From Candidatus Latescibacterota bacterium (lineage in GTDB: Bacteria > Latescibacterota > UBA2968 > SICM01): a stretch of DNA of 64,000 nt. Of this stretch, positions 39,509-50,474 are shown piece by piece. Both the position numbers and the translations under genes were made by a program. The stretch is taken from assembly GCA_965217865.1 (NCBI GenBank), contig CBDCJO010000002.1, positions 4,512,001 through 4,576,000 on the forward strand, read 5' to 3'. The notes under the pieces were generated by a model. That model made no database searches, was not told the DNA's origin, and was given only the letters and a program-made list of their open reading frames with translations. The number at the start of each line of letters is the position of its first letter. Positions within the stretch are counted from its first letter, which is position 1.

Positions 39509-39916
39509 ATGAAGAAAAGAATTGAAAAAGGCCTGTCGAGGGTCGAGTGGGAGATCATGGATGGCGTCTGGAAATTTCCCGACCGCGTAACGGTCCGAGA
39601 GGTTCACGGCTGTCTCTATCCAAAAGGGCAGAAGGCATACACAACCGTTCAGACGATCATGAACATTCTGGTCGAAAAAGGGTATTTGACCAAAGAGAAG
39701 ATCGGAATGGTAAACTTCTATCTCCCGACTACGTCACAGAAGGAGATGGCGCACAAGGAGGCCCGGTCCTTAGTGTCCAGGGCTTTCGATGGTTCTTTTT
39801 TCGCCCTGGCGAACTATCTTGTGGACTCAGGATCCCTTTCACAGAAAGACTTAAATCTTCTTAAAGGCCTAATCGAGGCGAAAGAGAGCGAAGGAAAGGG
39901 TAAAGGAAGGAGTTAA
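39509..39916 (+). CDS. BlaI/MecI/CopY family repressor
   Basis: LSRVEWEIM..W, AYTTVQTIMNILVEKG, FDGS. Confidence 0.92.
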   Translation: MKKRIEKGLSRVEWEIMDGVWKFPDRVTVREVHGCLYPKGQKAYTTVQTIMNILVEKGYLTKEKIGMVNFYLPTTSQKEMAHKEARSLVSRAFDGSFFALANYLVDSGSLSQKDLNLLKGLIEAKESEGKGKGRS

Positions 39917-39917
39917 G

Positions 39918-41618
39918 ATGGATACGGTCCGACAGTTTTCCGAAGCCTGGATGCCGATTTTCGGGATCCATATGCTCGAGATCTCCGCCTTCATCCTCCT
40001 GGTGTGGATAGTTGATCGCTTCGTGAGATTGGATACTCGCCTGCGGTATCTGCTCTGGCTTTTGGCCCTGGTGAAAGTGTTCGTTCCTCCCGTTTTCTCT
40101 TTGCCAATGCTCACTCTAGAGCCGAACGCGTTGCCTGCACAAATCTCATTCCAGGCGATTGGTGTGAATCTCTCAGGATCTCAATTTTCACACGAAGCGA
40201 AGCGTTTTTCGCTATCCTGGTTTGTATTGATTACCTGGATGGCGTCCGTTCTCACTTTAGCTGGAATGGCGGTATTTCAAAATGTCGCCTTGCGACGACG
40301 CCTTCGGAATGGTATACCTGTCGAGATTCCGACCTCATACCTGCCCACCCATTCGTCCCAAACGGGTTTGCAGATCTTCACCGTCTGCACGATTCAGTCC
40401 CCGGTCCTTGTAGGACATCTCCGGCCCCGGCTCTACCTGCCGGAGGAATGGAAGACCTGGCCACATCTCCAACTTCGGGGGGTTCTCTCCCACGAAATTG
40501 CCCACCTCCGATTCTCTGACCGTTGGGTGATTGTCCTGCAGGCCCTTGCGCACATCCTCTTCGGGTTGAATCCTTTGGTTTGGTTGTTGTGTTCCCGTCT
40601 GGCATACATTCGTGAGCTCCGGTGCGATGAAACAGCCATCGAGGAATTGAACATCGATCCTGTTGACTATAGCAAACTGTTGTACGCCTTCATCCAGAAG
40701 CAGGTCCACGGGACTTTTCCAGTGACCACCGGAATCTCCTTTTTGGACAATCATCGTGCAATCCTTAAACGGTTTCACCACCTGCTTAATTTTCAAAAGG
40801 CCACGCGATCCAGGAAATCGTGGCACCCATTTACCCTGGTTATTCTGGCACTATTTATCTTTCCGTTTTCCGTGAAGGGGCGTGAGGAGAATCTAAAATC
40901 ACAAGACGATCTTCCCAAACGTGGAGAGTTCGTGCCTGTGGATACACAACCAATGCCCATATCTAAGCCTGCGGTAAAGTATCCGGAATCTGCGCTCAGG
41001 GACAGCATTGAAGGTGTCGTTTTTATTCATGTCCTGGTCGGAAAGGACGGTAAAACCCGTCAGGTAGAGGTAATCAGGGGTCCTGCCATCTTTCATGAGG
41101 CCTCCATCGCGTCGGCCGAAGCGATGGTCTGGGAACCGGCCACTCATAAAGGAGATCCGATCAGTGTTTGGATAGCATATCAAATCAGATTTAAATTTAG
41201 ATCTGATGGTTCTCCTTCTGCGATGGGGAGTGAGCGACCATCTAATTTCCTTAATCGAGGACCGGCCATTATGGTAGAGACGGAATCCGGCGATTCGATT
41301 CATGTAGATAAAATAGATAAAATGCCGTCACCGATCGGGAGTCCCAAACCCGTGTATCCGGAGTCAGCAATTAAAGACAGTCTGAATGGGCTTGTTGTCA
41401 TTCAACTCCTTGTCGGCAAAGATGGGCGGGTAAAAAAAACCAGGCTGCTCGAGGGAGAGGAACCATTCTCTAGCGCGGCGATCGAAGCAGGCAAAAAGTC
41501 TATCTGGGAACCTGCAATATATAAAGGAAAACCGGTGGGGGTGTGGGTCGCATTTCCGATTAGGTTTATAATGAGCCAAAGTAAGCAACGGGGGGTTATC
41601 CCACCCAACGGGGATTAA
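39918..41618 (+). CDS. M56 (BlaR1-like) peptidase with two TonB C-terminal domains
   Basis: RYLLW, HEIAH, FGLNPLVW, RELRCD; two YPESA..G.V....VGKDG repeats. Confidence 0.88.
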   Translation: MDTVRQFSEAWMPIFGIHMLEISAFILLVWIVDRFVRLDTRLRYLLWLLALVKVFVPPVFSLPMLTLEPNALPAQISFQAIGVNLSGSQFSHEAKRFSLSWFVLITWMASVLTLAGMAVFQNVALRRRLRNGIPVEIPTSYLPTHSSQTGLQIFTVCTIQSPVLVGHLRPRLYLPEEWKTWPHLQLRGVLSHEIAHLRFSDRWVIVLQALAHILFGLNPLVWLLCSRLAYIRELRCDETAIEELNIDPVDYSKLLYAFIQKQVHGTFPVTTGISFLDNHRAILKRFHHLLNFQKATRSRKSWHPFTLVILALFIFPFSVKGREENLKSQDDLPKRGEFVPVDTQPMPISKPAVKYPESALRDSIEGVVFIHVLVGKDGKTRQVEVIRGPAIFHEASIASAEAMVWEPATHKGDPISVWIAYQIRFKFRSDGSPSAMGSERPSNFLNRGPAIMVETESGDSIHVDKIDKMPSPIGSPKPVYPESAIKDSLNGLVVIQLLVGKDGRVKKTRLLEGEEPFSSAAIEAGKKSIWEPAIYKGKPVGVWVAFPIRFIMSQSKQRGVIPPNGD

Positions 41619-41757
41619 TCAAAAATCCGCGTCTAAAACAAGCGTAGAGCTCTTCAGCGGATGGGACCGCGAAATTTTCACGACGTACCCACAAGTAGCT
41701 TATCAATTTAACAATTTGCACTTTCCATTTTTCATTCTGCATTTCCCTTCCTCCCTC

Positions 41758-42567
41758 TCAACTCCCAGTCGACTGATAGTGCCGCACACCCACCTTCCAC
41801 GCCTGCAGCGCCCCGATCAGGAAAAGAAAACCCACCAGAGGTGCTATCCATCCGAGAAATGACGGCATGCCTAGCGGATCCTGCCGGTCCATGATCGCCA
41901 ACCCGGGAAAGTAGTTTGCGAAGGCCAGGGGTACCCCATAGGTAAAAAACTTCCTGAACCACGATCGGTAAATGGAGAGGGGGTATTGTGCGGATTCCAC
42001 GCCCCCATAGGTGAGGGTGTTCATGATCTCAAGGGTTTCCGTGGTCCAGAACGCAAGGATGGCCTGGAGAACCATCAGGGCGTAAAAGAAGCAAGCCCCC
42101 CCGAAGACTGTTGAAACCGCCAGCCCGATCTTAAGCGGTGTCCATACAATCTCAAGCTCCGACGCGGCCCATATGAGGACCGCTACGCCTTGAAGCAGTC
42201 TTCCTATTCTGCGGACCACCAATTCTTTCCCCGCCAGTTGGAGTGTGGTGCTCCTGGGTCTTAAAAGAAGACGGTCGAAGTCCCCGGCCTTGACCATATC
42301 CCCAAAGGTATCGAACCCGCGGCATGTCGCGTCGGCCAGAGCAAACGACACGTTCACAATCCCATAGAACAGCGCCACTTCCTCCAATGCCCATCCCGCG
42401 AGACTTCCGAAACGGTCAAAAAGGGCCAGGATGCCCAGGAATTCAACCCCGGTCGCCAGGAACTGTCCGATCGACTGCATCACGAAAGAGGCGCGGTACT
42501 GCATCTGGCCCCGAAAGGAGATTCCAATGTATCGAGTATAGAGCCGAGCTGCGTTCAGCATCTTCAT
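41758..42567 (-). CDS. ABC-2 family permease (DUF990-like)
   Basis: GDFDRLLLRP, YPLSIY, YQSTGS end; ATG 42567 overlaps the upstream stop. Confidence 0.85.
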   Translation of the reverse strand: MKMLNAARLYTRYIGISFRGQMQYRASFVMQSIGQFLATGVEFLGILALFDRFGSLAGWALEEVALFYGIVNVSFALADATCRGFDTFGDMVKAGDFDRLLLRPRSTTLQLAGKELVVRRIGRLLQGVAVLIWAASELEIVWTPLKIGLAVSTVFGGACFFYALMVLQAILAFWTTETLEIMNTLTYGGVESAQYPLSIYRSWFRKFFTYGVPLAFANYFPGLAIMDRQDPLGMPSFLGWIAPLVGFLFLIGALQAWKVGVRHYQSTGS

Positions 42568-43355
42568 CCTCCTTGAACAACCAACCGGCGCGTACCCCGT
42601 GCCAACAGGCGGTGACCCAGTAGGATCAGCCCGAGGGACCAGGCGACCTGGTGCGCGAGCACGGATGCGGCCTGAGAAGGCGGAATGTGTCCTGAATAGA
42701 GACGGAAGGGTAGATCCACGAGACCCCGGAAGGGCATGAACGCGATGATGGTCTGGGCCCAGTCCGGGAAGAATGGCAGCGGAACGAGCATCCCCGAAAG
42801 CACCCATAGGGCACTGGGAAGAAGATGCTGGACTCCGTCTCCCGAGATCGTCCACAGGAGGGAGATGTTGATCAGAGTCGACAAGGCGCAGCTCAAAAGA
42901 AGCGCTCCTGCGCTTGCGACAATCCAGGCAATTCCAGCGGACCAGGAGTCCGGGGGCTGAAGGCCCAGGAATACGCCTGCCACCAGGAACAGGGGGAGGG
43001 CGCGCAGGAGTGTGGGTGCGGTTCTGTTGGCCAAGGACCGGGTGAACCAGTAGGCGTAGAGACCCACGGGCCGCAGAAGCTCATACACGACTGTGCCCTC
43101 GCGAACCATGGTGCGTCTATCCCTGTCAGCGTTCCAGGGAAGCATTCCGAACAGGGCCTGCCCGAGCCAGATGTAGGTGACGACGTCCGGATAGGCCATC
43201 GGCTGGGTGGCCGATGACGAACGGTAGAAGGCATCGAAAATCATCACGCGTATGAGCCCCCAGAAAAGCTGGGTGCCGCATCCGGCGATCGCCGCACCCC
43301 GATACTGAAGGAGGGTCCGAAACCTTGTGCTCACGAGTGACCAGTAGGATTTCAT
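42564..43355 (-). CDS. ABC-2 family permease (DUF990-like)
   Basis: LQYR, GTVVYELLRP, SGMLVPLPFFP, VQGG end. Confidence 0.85.
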   Translation of the reverse strand: MKSYWSLVSTRFRTLLQYRGAAIAGCGTQLFWGLIRVMIFDAFYRSSSATQPMAYPDVVTYIWLGQALFGMLPWNADRDRRTMVREGTVVYELLRPVGLYAYWFTRSLANRTAPTLLRALPLFLVAGVFLGLQPPDSWSAGIAWIVASAGALLLSCALSTLINISLLWTISGDGVQHLLPSALWVLSGMLVPLPFFPDWAQTIIAFMPFRGLVDLPFRLYSGHIPPSQAASVLAHQVAWSLGLILLGHRLLARGTRRLVVQGG

Positions 43356-44335
43356 CCTTTTTCCTCTTCATAAAGACGTGCGATGATCTCCTCGATCGGG
43401 GGGTTCTCCACGAAGAGATCCTGAATCGCATAGTTCGCCGCGATTCGACCGATCAAGGCCGCTGCGGAGACGCGACATGGGTCGAAACTCAGGTGAACCC
43501 GGTGGCCCTCCCGGCGGATCACGCTTGCGTCCGGGTCAACGATTTGCTGGCTTTCGTCGACGAGGTCCACGGTCAGCCATCTCTCCCGGGTGACTCGCGA
43601 CCGGAGGTCCTCCAGCGTGCCGTCGGAGAGGACTTTTCCCCCGCTGATCACGAGGACCCGTTCGCAAAGGGTTTCGATATCGTCCATGTCGTGCGTCGTT
43701 AGGATCACGGTGACGCCGCGCTCTCGGTTGAGCTTCTTGATGAAGTCCCGCACCGCGAGCTTGGACACGGCGTCCAGGCCGATCGTGGGTTCGTCCAGGA
43801 ACAGGAGTGTGGGCGCGTGCAGAAGGGAGGCGGCCAGGTCGCAGCGCATCCGCTGTCCGAGGCTGAGCTGGCGCACCGGGACGTTCAGGAGGGGTTCCAG
43901 GTTCAGCAAGGCGATCAGCTCGTCTCGCGCCCGGACGTATTGACCTTGGGATACGCGATACACGTCGCGGAGCAGGTCGAACGATTCGATGACGGGAAGG
44001 TCCCACCAGAGCTGTGTTCGCTGACCGAAGACCACGCCGATCTCCCTCACGGTCGGGATCCGTTCCTTCCACGGTGTTCTGCCCAGGACCTCGCAGCGGC
44101 CCGAATCGGGAACCAGGATTCCGGAAAGCACTTTCACGGTTGTGGACTTCCCCGCTCCGTTCGGACCGATGTAACCGACCAGCTCCCCGGGGTTCAGGGA
44201 AAAGGAGACCCGGTCGAGGGCGCAGACCACACGATGGCGACGATGGACCACACCCCGAATCGCCCCCCACATACCCGGATTCCTTTCCGGGATGCGGAAG
44301 GTTTTGACAAGGTCTTCGACGAGGATGAGTGACAT
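43352..44335 (-). CDS. ABC transporter ATP-binding protein (paralog of 17730)
   Basis: GPNGAGKST, LSLGQRMR, DEPTIGLD. Confidence 0.95.
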   Translation of the reverse strand: MSLILVEDLVKTFRIPERNPGMWGAIRGVVHRRHRVVCALDRVSFSLNPGELVGYIGPNGAGKSTTVKVLSGILVPDSGRCEVLGRTPWKERIPTVREIGVVFGQRTQLWWDLPVIESFDLLRDVYRVSQGQYVRARDELIALLNLEPLLNVPVRQLSLGQRMRCDLAASLLHAPTLLFLDEPTIGLDAVSKLAVRDFIKKLNRERGVTVILTTHDMDDIETLCERVLVISGGKVLSDGTLEDLRSRVTRERWLTVDLVDESQQIVDPDASVIRREGHRVHLSFDPCRVSAAALIGRIAANYAIQDLFVENPPIEEIIARLYEEEKG

Positions 44336-44509
44336 TGCGTTCCTTTCTTTGCAACACGTTAGAATGGGTCTCCGTCTGGAGACGGCCCTTAACGATTCAT
44401 GTCCTTCCTATCGAGGCCTTTGTTTCTCTCAACCGCAACCAAAAAAAGTCCCAGTACCTTACAGTTGAAATTTCTGGAATGCACAATGATATTTTGGTAT
44501 GCCGTTGTG

Positions 44510-44811
44510 CCCTCTCACCCCGACCCAGACCCACCCCTAAATCCCCTCCAAGGAGGGGACTTCACCAATCCCTTGGTGCCCCGGATGACTTAAGCCGGGG
44601 CGGGGTGGGTCATATCCCATTCTCATCTATCCAATTCCGAATCCCATGCACCACACCTTCGAGATTCTGCTTAACATCACCGGCAGTCTCTGAGGTAATG
44701 CGTCTATCTGGGGATCTTTCTCAGACCCACCCCTATCGCGGGCTTCGTTTCACCCAGCCGCAACAAAAAATATGTAAGCATCTTGCGTAGAAGTTGTAAC
44801 GTTAGACTCTA
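44510..44811 (-). repeat. Inverted, internally deleted A-B copy of the 14394-14992 repeat plus a REP-like palindrome
   Basis: Reverse complement reads tagagtc..acttctacgcaag..gtgaaacgaa.cccgcgatagg..atgttaagcagaatctcgaagg..gggatatgaccc. Confidence 0.85.
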
Positions 44812-44849
44812 TATTTCTAATCCCCAAACCGCATTCTACAATCCCAAAT

Positions 44850-45128
44850 GATAATCCGGCGGTCCCCTGATTCGGTCGGGACCTGCCGGACAAAAAACAA
44901 AAAACCCGCCGTCGATTTGATCTCGACCGCGGGTAGTAGCCAACGTACCGGACTCACCCTCGAAGGGGCGTCCAAGTTTAAGCTTCCAGGGCAGCTTAAG
45001 CTCAACCTGGAAGCCTAGTATTACCGGTATTGTGTCTCTGGGTCTCTTCAGGTGCAGGTTCAATCCCCCTCTCTAAAATCGGATTGTTCCTCGGAGTTAA
45101 ATATAGGTATCACGGCTACGGGGGTCAA
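44850..45128 (-). ncRNA. Candidate structured RNA or leader of unknown family
   Basis: TTGACC-17-TATATT promoter (45128-45100), hairpin 44982-45014, terminator 44902-44934 with U-tract, extra hairpin 44854-44890. Confidence 0.45.
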
Positions 45129-45146
45129 GTAAAATTTAGAACTTCC

Positions 45147-46927
45147 TCAAACCCCCGAAACGGACGCGCGAATGACGGCCTTTCCCTTTTTGAGTCCTCT
45201 GACGAGGCCGGCCTGGGTGACAAAGGCAATCGTTGGGTCACTGCTCTCCCACACAAACTTGCCATTGGATTTGACGGTAAACGATGCTTTGTCTCCGACA
45301 GGGAGGAAATAGGGCCAATCCATCTCTCTTTTCCTGATCTTCTTTTTCAGTTCACTTGGTGTGGGTCCCCCAAATATTTTCAGGACATCTTTGTGGACGT
45401 AGATTTTCGCCCCCGTCCGCATGGCCAGAGCGATGGAATCGCTGGGCCGGGCGTCGAGCCGTTTCACAGTCTTCTTCCTGCGGAAGGCGTTGAAGGCAAA
45501 AAAGGTACTTTTGTGGCATAAATCGATAATCGTCTCTTCGTGTGTGATTTCAAACCCGTCCAAAATCGCTTTCAACAGATCGTGCGGCCAGTCCCGGGCC
45601 GGACCGTTTTTCTCAGTTTTCCTTCAGGCGCTCCCGACAGGTTTATCGGAAGTGCGGCCGCACAGGCCCTCCCTTCATAATTGCCAATAGCAATGGGCAG
45701 GTGAATCCTTTGTGCCCTGTCCGACAACCAGATTAAGGGGTCTGGTCTATCTGTTTGCATAGAGAATCCGATCGGATAAACATGCATGAGTTTCCGTCGG
45801 TCCGACAGGCCGCGAATTCGCGCTCGTTCACTGGGGGGGTTCCAATCATCACGCGACTTCCCCCCCTTTCTTCGTTTCGGGGTCACGTAAATTTTAAACC
45901 GGACCTCTTCAATTTGGCCGCCGGTGCGGCGGACCGTTGCGCAGGATGACGCTTCGCCGAGCTGGATCATCGCGGACTGTTTTGTGGTTTCTTCGAGGAG
46001 CCTTTGGTCCACGTAAACCGGTGCGTCGAAACGGACCGCCATAGCAAGTGCGTCACCGGGATCAGCTTCGTGGGTTACGGAGTGATTGCCCCTGCTGAAT
46101 GTTGTTTCCGCACAAAAGCGCTTTCTCACCTTTGTTATGCCGATGCCGTCCAGAATAATTCCAAATGCGTCGCAGATCCTCTGGAACATATCGTAAGTGA
46201 TTGGACGAGGGGGTGGATCCTTATGGCGAGACAAGTAAAAGTATATCCCGGCACCCTGAAAGCCGCTGATTTCAACAGGAAAGCCCCGACGTTTGTGGTC
46301 GTGAAGGTAAAGTGAACTGGTGAATGGCTGGTTGACCCAGTCGACCACGACTTTTCGGAAGTTTGACGGGAGTTTGTTGGCGTCGAACATGTCACGGGCC
46401 ATGTCGATCATCTCCTTTTTGAGCTTTCTGCGGGCGTCGGAAAGCCGGCGCTTGACCGTGCCGACCGGGACGTCGAGAAAGTCTCCGACTTCGTCGCAGG
46501 TGTAGCCGTTGATATAATAGAGTGTAACGGTTTCGCGGTGAATGTCCGAAAGGGAGGCGATCGCCCCCTGGATGCGCCGGTGAAGGGCTCTACGGTCGTG
46601 CTCATCAGCGGAATGGGAATTACCGGGTGTTACTCCGTCCAGGGGGATGGTTTCACGGCGATTCCGGATCAAGTCCCGGGAGATGTTCAGGGTGATGGTA
46701 TAGAGCCAGCTTGGGAACCGATCGGGTGAGTTCAGCCCATCCAGCCGGCGGTAGGCCTGAACAAATGCCTCCTGGGCTATGTCCTGGGCGTCGTGAAAGT
46801 TGCCGACCTGAGCGTACGCGGCCCCATAGACGGCGTCCTGATATCGGTCGACCAGCCCGCCGAAGGCCGCTGTGTCTCCTGTCAGCGTCCGTCGAATCAA
46901 GTCCGGATCGGGGTCGGAAGGGATCAT
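45147..46927 (-). pseudogene. ECF sigma factor fused to two bifunctional-nuclease (DUF151)-like domains; frameshift near 45590
   Basis: DAQDIAQEAF/TVKRRLSDAR; RPITYD..DPGDALAMAVR; second domain LPIAIG..E, continued in another frame as HDLLKA..DARPSDSIALA, then an Ig-like VWESSDPTIAFV stub. Confidence 0.75.
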
Positions 46928-47167
46928 AACGATGATCGTTATCTGTCCGTTGAAGGCTTATTGTATAGACGTAAAGTATGGTGAGAAAGGTTCAGTCCCA
47001 AAGCAAAAAAATCGTCGTTGAATGCAAGTCGGCGCTGTGGGATCGCCCGGGGCCTCGCGGGTCGTAATCGGTTAACCGATGCCGTTGACCCCTCTATTGC
47101 GGCCTTCGTATCGCTCAGCTTGAACCACCTCGATCCGGAAGGCGCTATAATTTTTGGAACGTCGTGC

Positions 47168-47231
47168 TCCCTCACCCCGCCTCGCAAGCTCGGCACCCCT
47201 CTCCCGGGTGCCGGGAGAGGGGATGAGGGCG
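47168..47231. repeat. REP-like palindrome
   Basis: ccctcacccc..cccctctcccgg gtg ccgggagagggg atgaggg. Confidence 0.6.
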
Positions 47232-47306
47232 TCCAGGAGATCGATAGCAAAAAGGCCAGGAGTTAAAACTCCTGGCCTGAAATATTTCCCTTCAAACCTG
47301 ATGGGC

Positions 47307-47874
47307 TTAACGACTCAGGAACATTGTATTCGATTCAGTCTTCATCCACGTTCCATCGTTAAATATCCATTCATGAACCTCAACCCTTCCGGGGAAATCT
47401 TTCACCATCCTGAGAAGCTCTTCTTCGGAAGGCAGTTTTTCCTTTCGGCCTCCGTGGGTTTCGTAATCCGAAACCAGCTTTGCTTTTGTTTGAGGGGCCA
47501 ATCGCCGCACCCGGACACTGACGAACCTGGAATCGTTGCGTTGTTCAACGTTAAAGACCTCAATGATTTCGGAACCGCGGTTTGACCATATTCTTCCGGT
47601 ATACATCCCCGGATCGATCCGGATAACCTGAGTGTTCATCTTTTCGATCACGCTCAGAACGCGCTTCAACCTCACAGACTCCGGATATCGCTTCAGAGAA
47701 CGGAAATCTGTCATAGAGGCCCGTTCGATCCACGAACTGAACGCGTTGACATAGTTGTGGTTCCGGGTAATATGCAACAATTTCCGGGGATTCTCCGTCG
47801 GTGGTTCCTCCGGATGTCTTCGAGAAAACGAGGATTAAAAGGAGGAGGGGGAATACGGATTTTGGCTTTATCAT
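47307..47874 (-). pseudogene. Hypothetical secreted protein, apparently frameshifted near 47780
   Basis: Signal-peptide ORF from 47874 overlaps a second-frame ORF ending at 47307; terminator hairpin 47250-47279 follows. Confidence 0.4.
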
Positions 47875-48243
47875 TTTTTTCAGAAGTAAGAATGAAATAA
47901 GGATGATTGTTTGTGTAAGGACGTTCCAGCCTCTTACATGGTTTCAAACAAAGTTCGGATTTCGATTTTTACCCTCGATCTAGACCCGCGTCGCGAGACT
48001 GATTTTAAGCCCTCAGCCTTTTGATGAGGTGCGATTAATATAAAAGAGGGGCTGCCGCAAAGCAGTCCCTCTTTTAATCTCCCTGTAATTAACATACAAA
48101 AATTTCTCTCAAAAGTCAAGTTAAATAGTCATATAAGCTATAAATAAATCAATCACTTATAGTAATTTTCTTGTTGACTTTGCCGTTCTTTTTGACTATT
48201 TTAATTCTTTCTGAAGATTCAAGTTTAGACCAGGTCAGTTAAA

Positions 48244-50472
48244 ATGGTAAAAATAGCTGTAAATAAAGAAGATATGGACATTGAGGCCAGAGTCGAGGCG
48301 TACCTCGGGCCGGATGAGCGGCTTCTTCTCCTAACGGATTCGGATATCCAGGAGGACGGCTCTTTCGGTCAGAGGTGGCTGGCGGTCACCAGTGAACGGA
48401 TTATGACGGTTTCCCAGGATGGAAAAATCGATCCTCCGGATTCCGGCCTGCGGTTGGAAAATTTGAAAAGTGTGAACGCCACGCCCCTCGTTGGCCAGAT
48501 CGCCCTCGAGTTGGAAACGGACCATCGTAAGGTCGAGTTGATGCGATGCACGAATTCCCTGTCGGGTAAATTCGGCAGGATTGCCAAATCATTAACGGAG
48601 GCGTGTAAAGACGGGGAGGACCCTGTCTTCGACCTGGAGGAGGAGGAGGTAAAGCGGTGTCCGGAATGCGGCCGGTTACTTCCCGAGGCTGGGGGATTTT
48701 GTCCGTCCTGCCTGAAGAAGGGCAAGGTGTTGGCGCGATTTTGGAAATACATGAAACCGCACTGGCCCAAAGCGGGTCTGGTCAGCCTGTGCATCATTCT
48801 CGGAACGGTCCTCGCGTTGGCCCCTCCCTATCTGATCAAGATCCTGGTTGATGATGTGCTGATGGGTGAAGGGGGAACGACTCTCCTTCTAATTCTGGTC
48901 GGCGGCCTGGTTGGATTGCACCTTGCGTCGACGTTGTTGGGAATCGTCCGGGGTAGACTGTCTGCTTGGCTGGGTTCGCGCATCGTACATGACCTGCGAT
49001 TCGAATTCTATCAGGCTATCCAGGGTTTGAGTCTGCGAAGGTTCGATAAAACCCAGACGGGTTCGCTGATGTCAAGGCTAACAGGCGATACCGGGATGCT
49101 GAATTTTATCTTCGCGGATCTCGGAACCCTGATCATCCCCAACCTCCTGCAGCTGGTGGGTATCTGTGTGATGCTGTTCGTGTTGAACTGGAAGCTTGCG
49201 CTGTTGGTTTTGATCCCCACGCCGGGGGTGGCGCTAACAAGCCTCTGGTTTTACCGCAGGCTCCGTGGAACCTACCACCGGGTGTGGCAGCGGCGTGCCA
49301 AGATGAGCGCCCGGGCGAATGATACCATCTCGGGTATACGGATTGTGAAGGCCTTTACCCAGGAGCCTTCGGAGATCCGGCAATTCGGGGACAGGAGCGT
49401 AGAGGTGTATCAGGCAATGGCCAAGGCGGAGAGCATGTTCGGGACCGCCTTTCCGATCATCTCATTCGTGACGATGCTGGGGAGTTTCCTGGTGTGGTAC
49501 TTCGGCGGGCTGGGGGTGATGGACGGTGATCTTAGCTTCGGGACCCTGATGGCCTTTCTCGCATATCTGGGCATGTTTTATGGTCCCCTCCAGATGTTGA
49601 TACGATTCAGCGACTTTATGAATCGTGCCTTTACAGCAGCTCAGCGGCTTTTCGAGATAACCGACTCGGATCAGGAGGTCTACGAAGATCCAGAGGCGCA
49701 GTCCCTGGATGCACCTCCGATGGGTGCCTTCCGGTTTGAGAATGTCGAGTTCGGATACATCAAGAGCAACCCTGTGTTGAAAGGGGTGGATGTGGAGGTG
49801 CAGGCCGGGGAGATGATCGGTCTTGTGGGTAAGTCCGGCGCGGGGAAGACGACCCTGACCAATCTGATCTGCCGGTTCTACGATGTGGATGCGGGGACTA
49901 TCTTCCTGGACGGAGTGGATATTCGAAAGATCAAGCTGAGGGACCTTCGCAGGCACATTGGTATCGTACCGCAGGAATCCTTTTTGTTCAATGGCACGAT
50001 AACTGAAAATATCGGATATGCCAGACCGGAAGCCAAGAAGGAGGAGGTTATCCGGGCGGCGATTGCAGCCAATGCCCACGGGTTTATCATGCGCTTTCCG
50101 GATGGGTATGACACGCGGGTCGGCGAGCGGGGGGCACGGCTCTCGGGCGGGGAAAAGCAGCGGATTGCGATTGCCCGCGCCATCCTGCACAATCCGAGGA
50201 TTCTTATCCTCGATGAAGCCACATCCTCTGTAGACACAGAGACCGAAGAGCTGATTCACGAGGCCTTGATACGCCTGGTGAAGGGGCGAACCACTTTCGC
50301 GATCGCCCATCGGCTTTCCACCTTGAGGAACGCGAACCGGCTTCTGGTTGTCGAGGATGGGAAAAAAGCGGAATTCGGCACCCACGAAGAGCTTTTGGAC
50401 CAGAAAGGCATATACCATAAGCTGGTCGAGATGCAGTCCAGACTGGCTGCTATCACGGTCGTCGGAGGATAG
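48244..50472 (+). CDS. ABC exporter (fused TMD-NBD) with an N-terminal extension and Zn-ribbon
   Basis: CPECG..CPSC; six TM segments; GKSGAGKT, LSGGEKQR, LDEATSSVD, IAHRLST. Confidence 0.92.
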   Translation: MVKIAVNKEDMDIEARVEAYLGPDERLLLLTDSDIQEDGSFGQRWLAVTSERIMTVSQDGKIDPPDSGLRLENLKSVNATPLVGQIALELETDHRKVELMRCTNSLSGKFGRIAKSLTEACKDGEDPVFDLEEEEVKRCPECGRLLPEAGGFCPSCLKKGKVLARFWKYMKPHWPKAGLVSLCIILGTVLALAPPYLIKILVDDVLMGEGGTTLLLILVGGLVGLHLASTLLGIVRGRLSAWLGSRIVHDLRFEFYQAIQGLSLRRFDKTQTGSLMSRLTGDTGMLNFIFADLGTLIIPNLLQLVGICVMLFVLNWKLALLVLIPTPGVALTSLWFYRRLRGTYHRVWQRRAKMSARANDTISGIRIVKAFTQEPSEIRQFGDRSVEVYQAMAKAESMFGTAFPIISFVTMLGSFLVWYFGGLGVMDGDLSFGTLMAFLAYLGMFYGPLQMLIRFSDFMNRAFTAAQRLFEITDSDQEVYEDPEAQSLDAPPMGAFRFENVEFGYIKSNPVLKGVDVEVQAGEMIGLVGKSGAGKTTLTNLICRFYDVDAGTIFLDGVDIRKIKLRDLRRHIGIVPQESFLFNGTITENIGYARPEAKKEEVIRAAIAANAHGFIMRFPDGYDTRVGERGARLSGGEKQRIAIARAILHNPRILILDEATSSVDTETEELIHEALIRLVKGRTTFAIAHRLSTLRNANRLLVVEDGKKAEFGTHEELLDQKGIYHKLVEMQSRLAAITVVGG

Positions 50473-50474
50473 GG

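Noticed and set aside
44850-45128. 6S RNA or glycine riboswitch call
   Set aside because: Only short word matches; I could not build the closing stem or aptamer core by eye.
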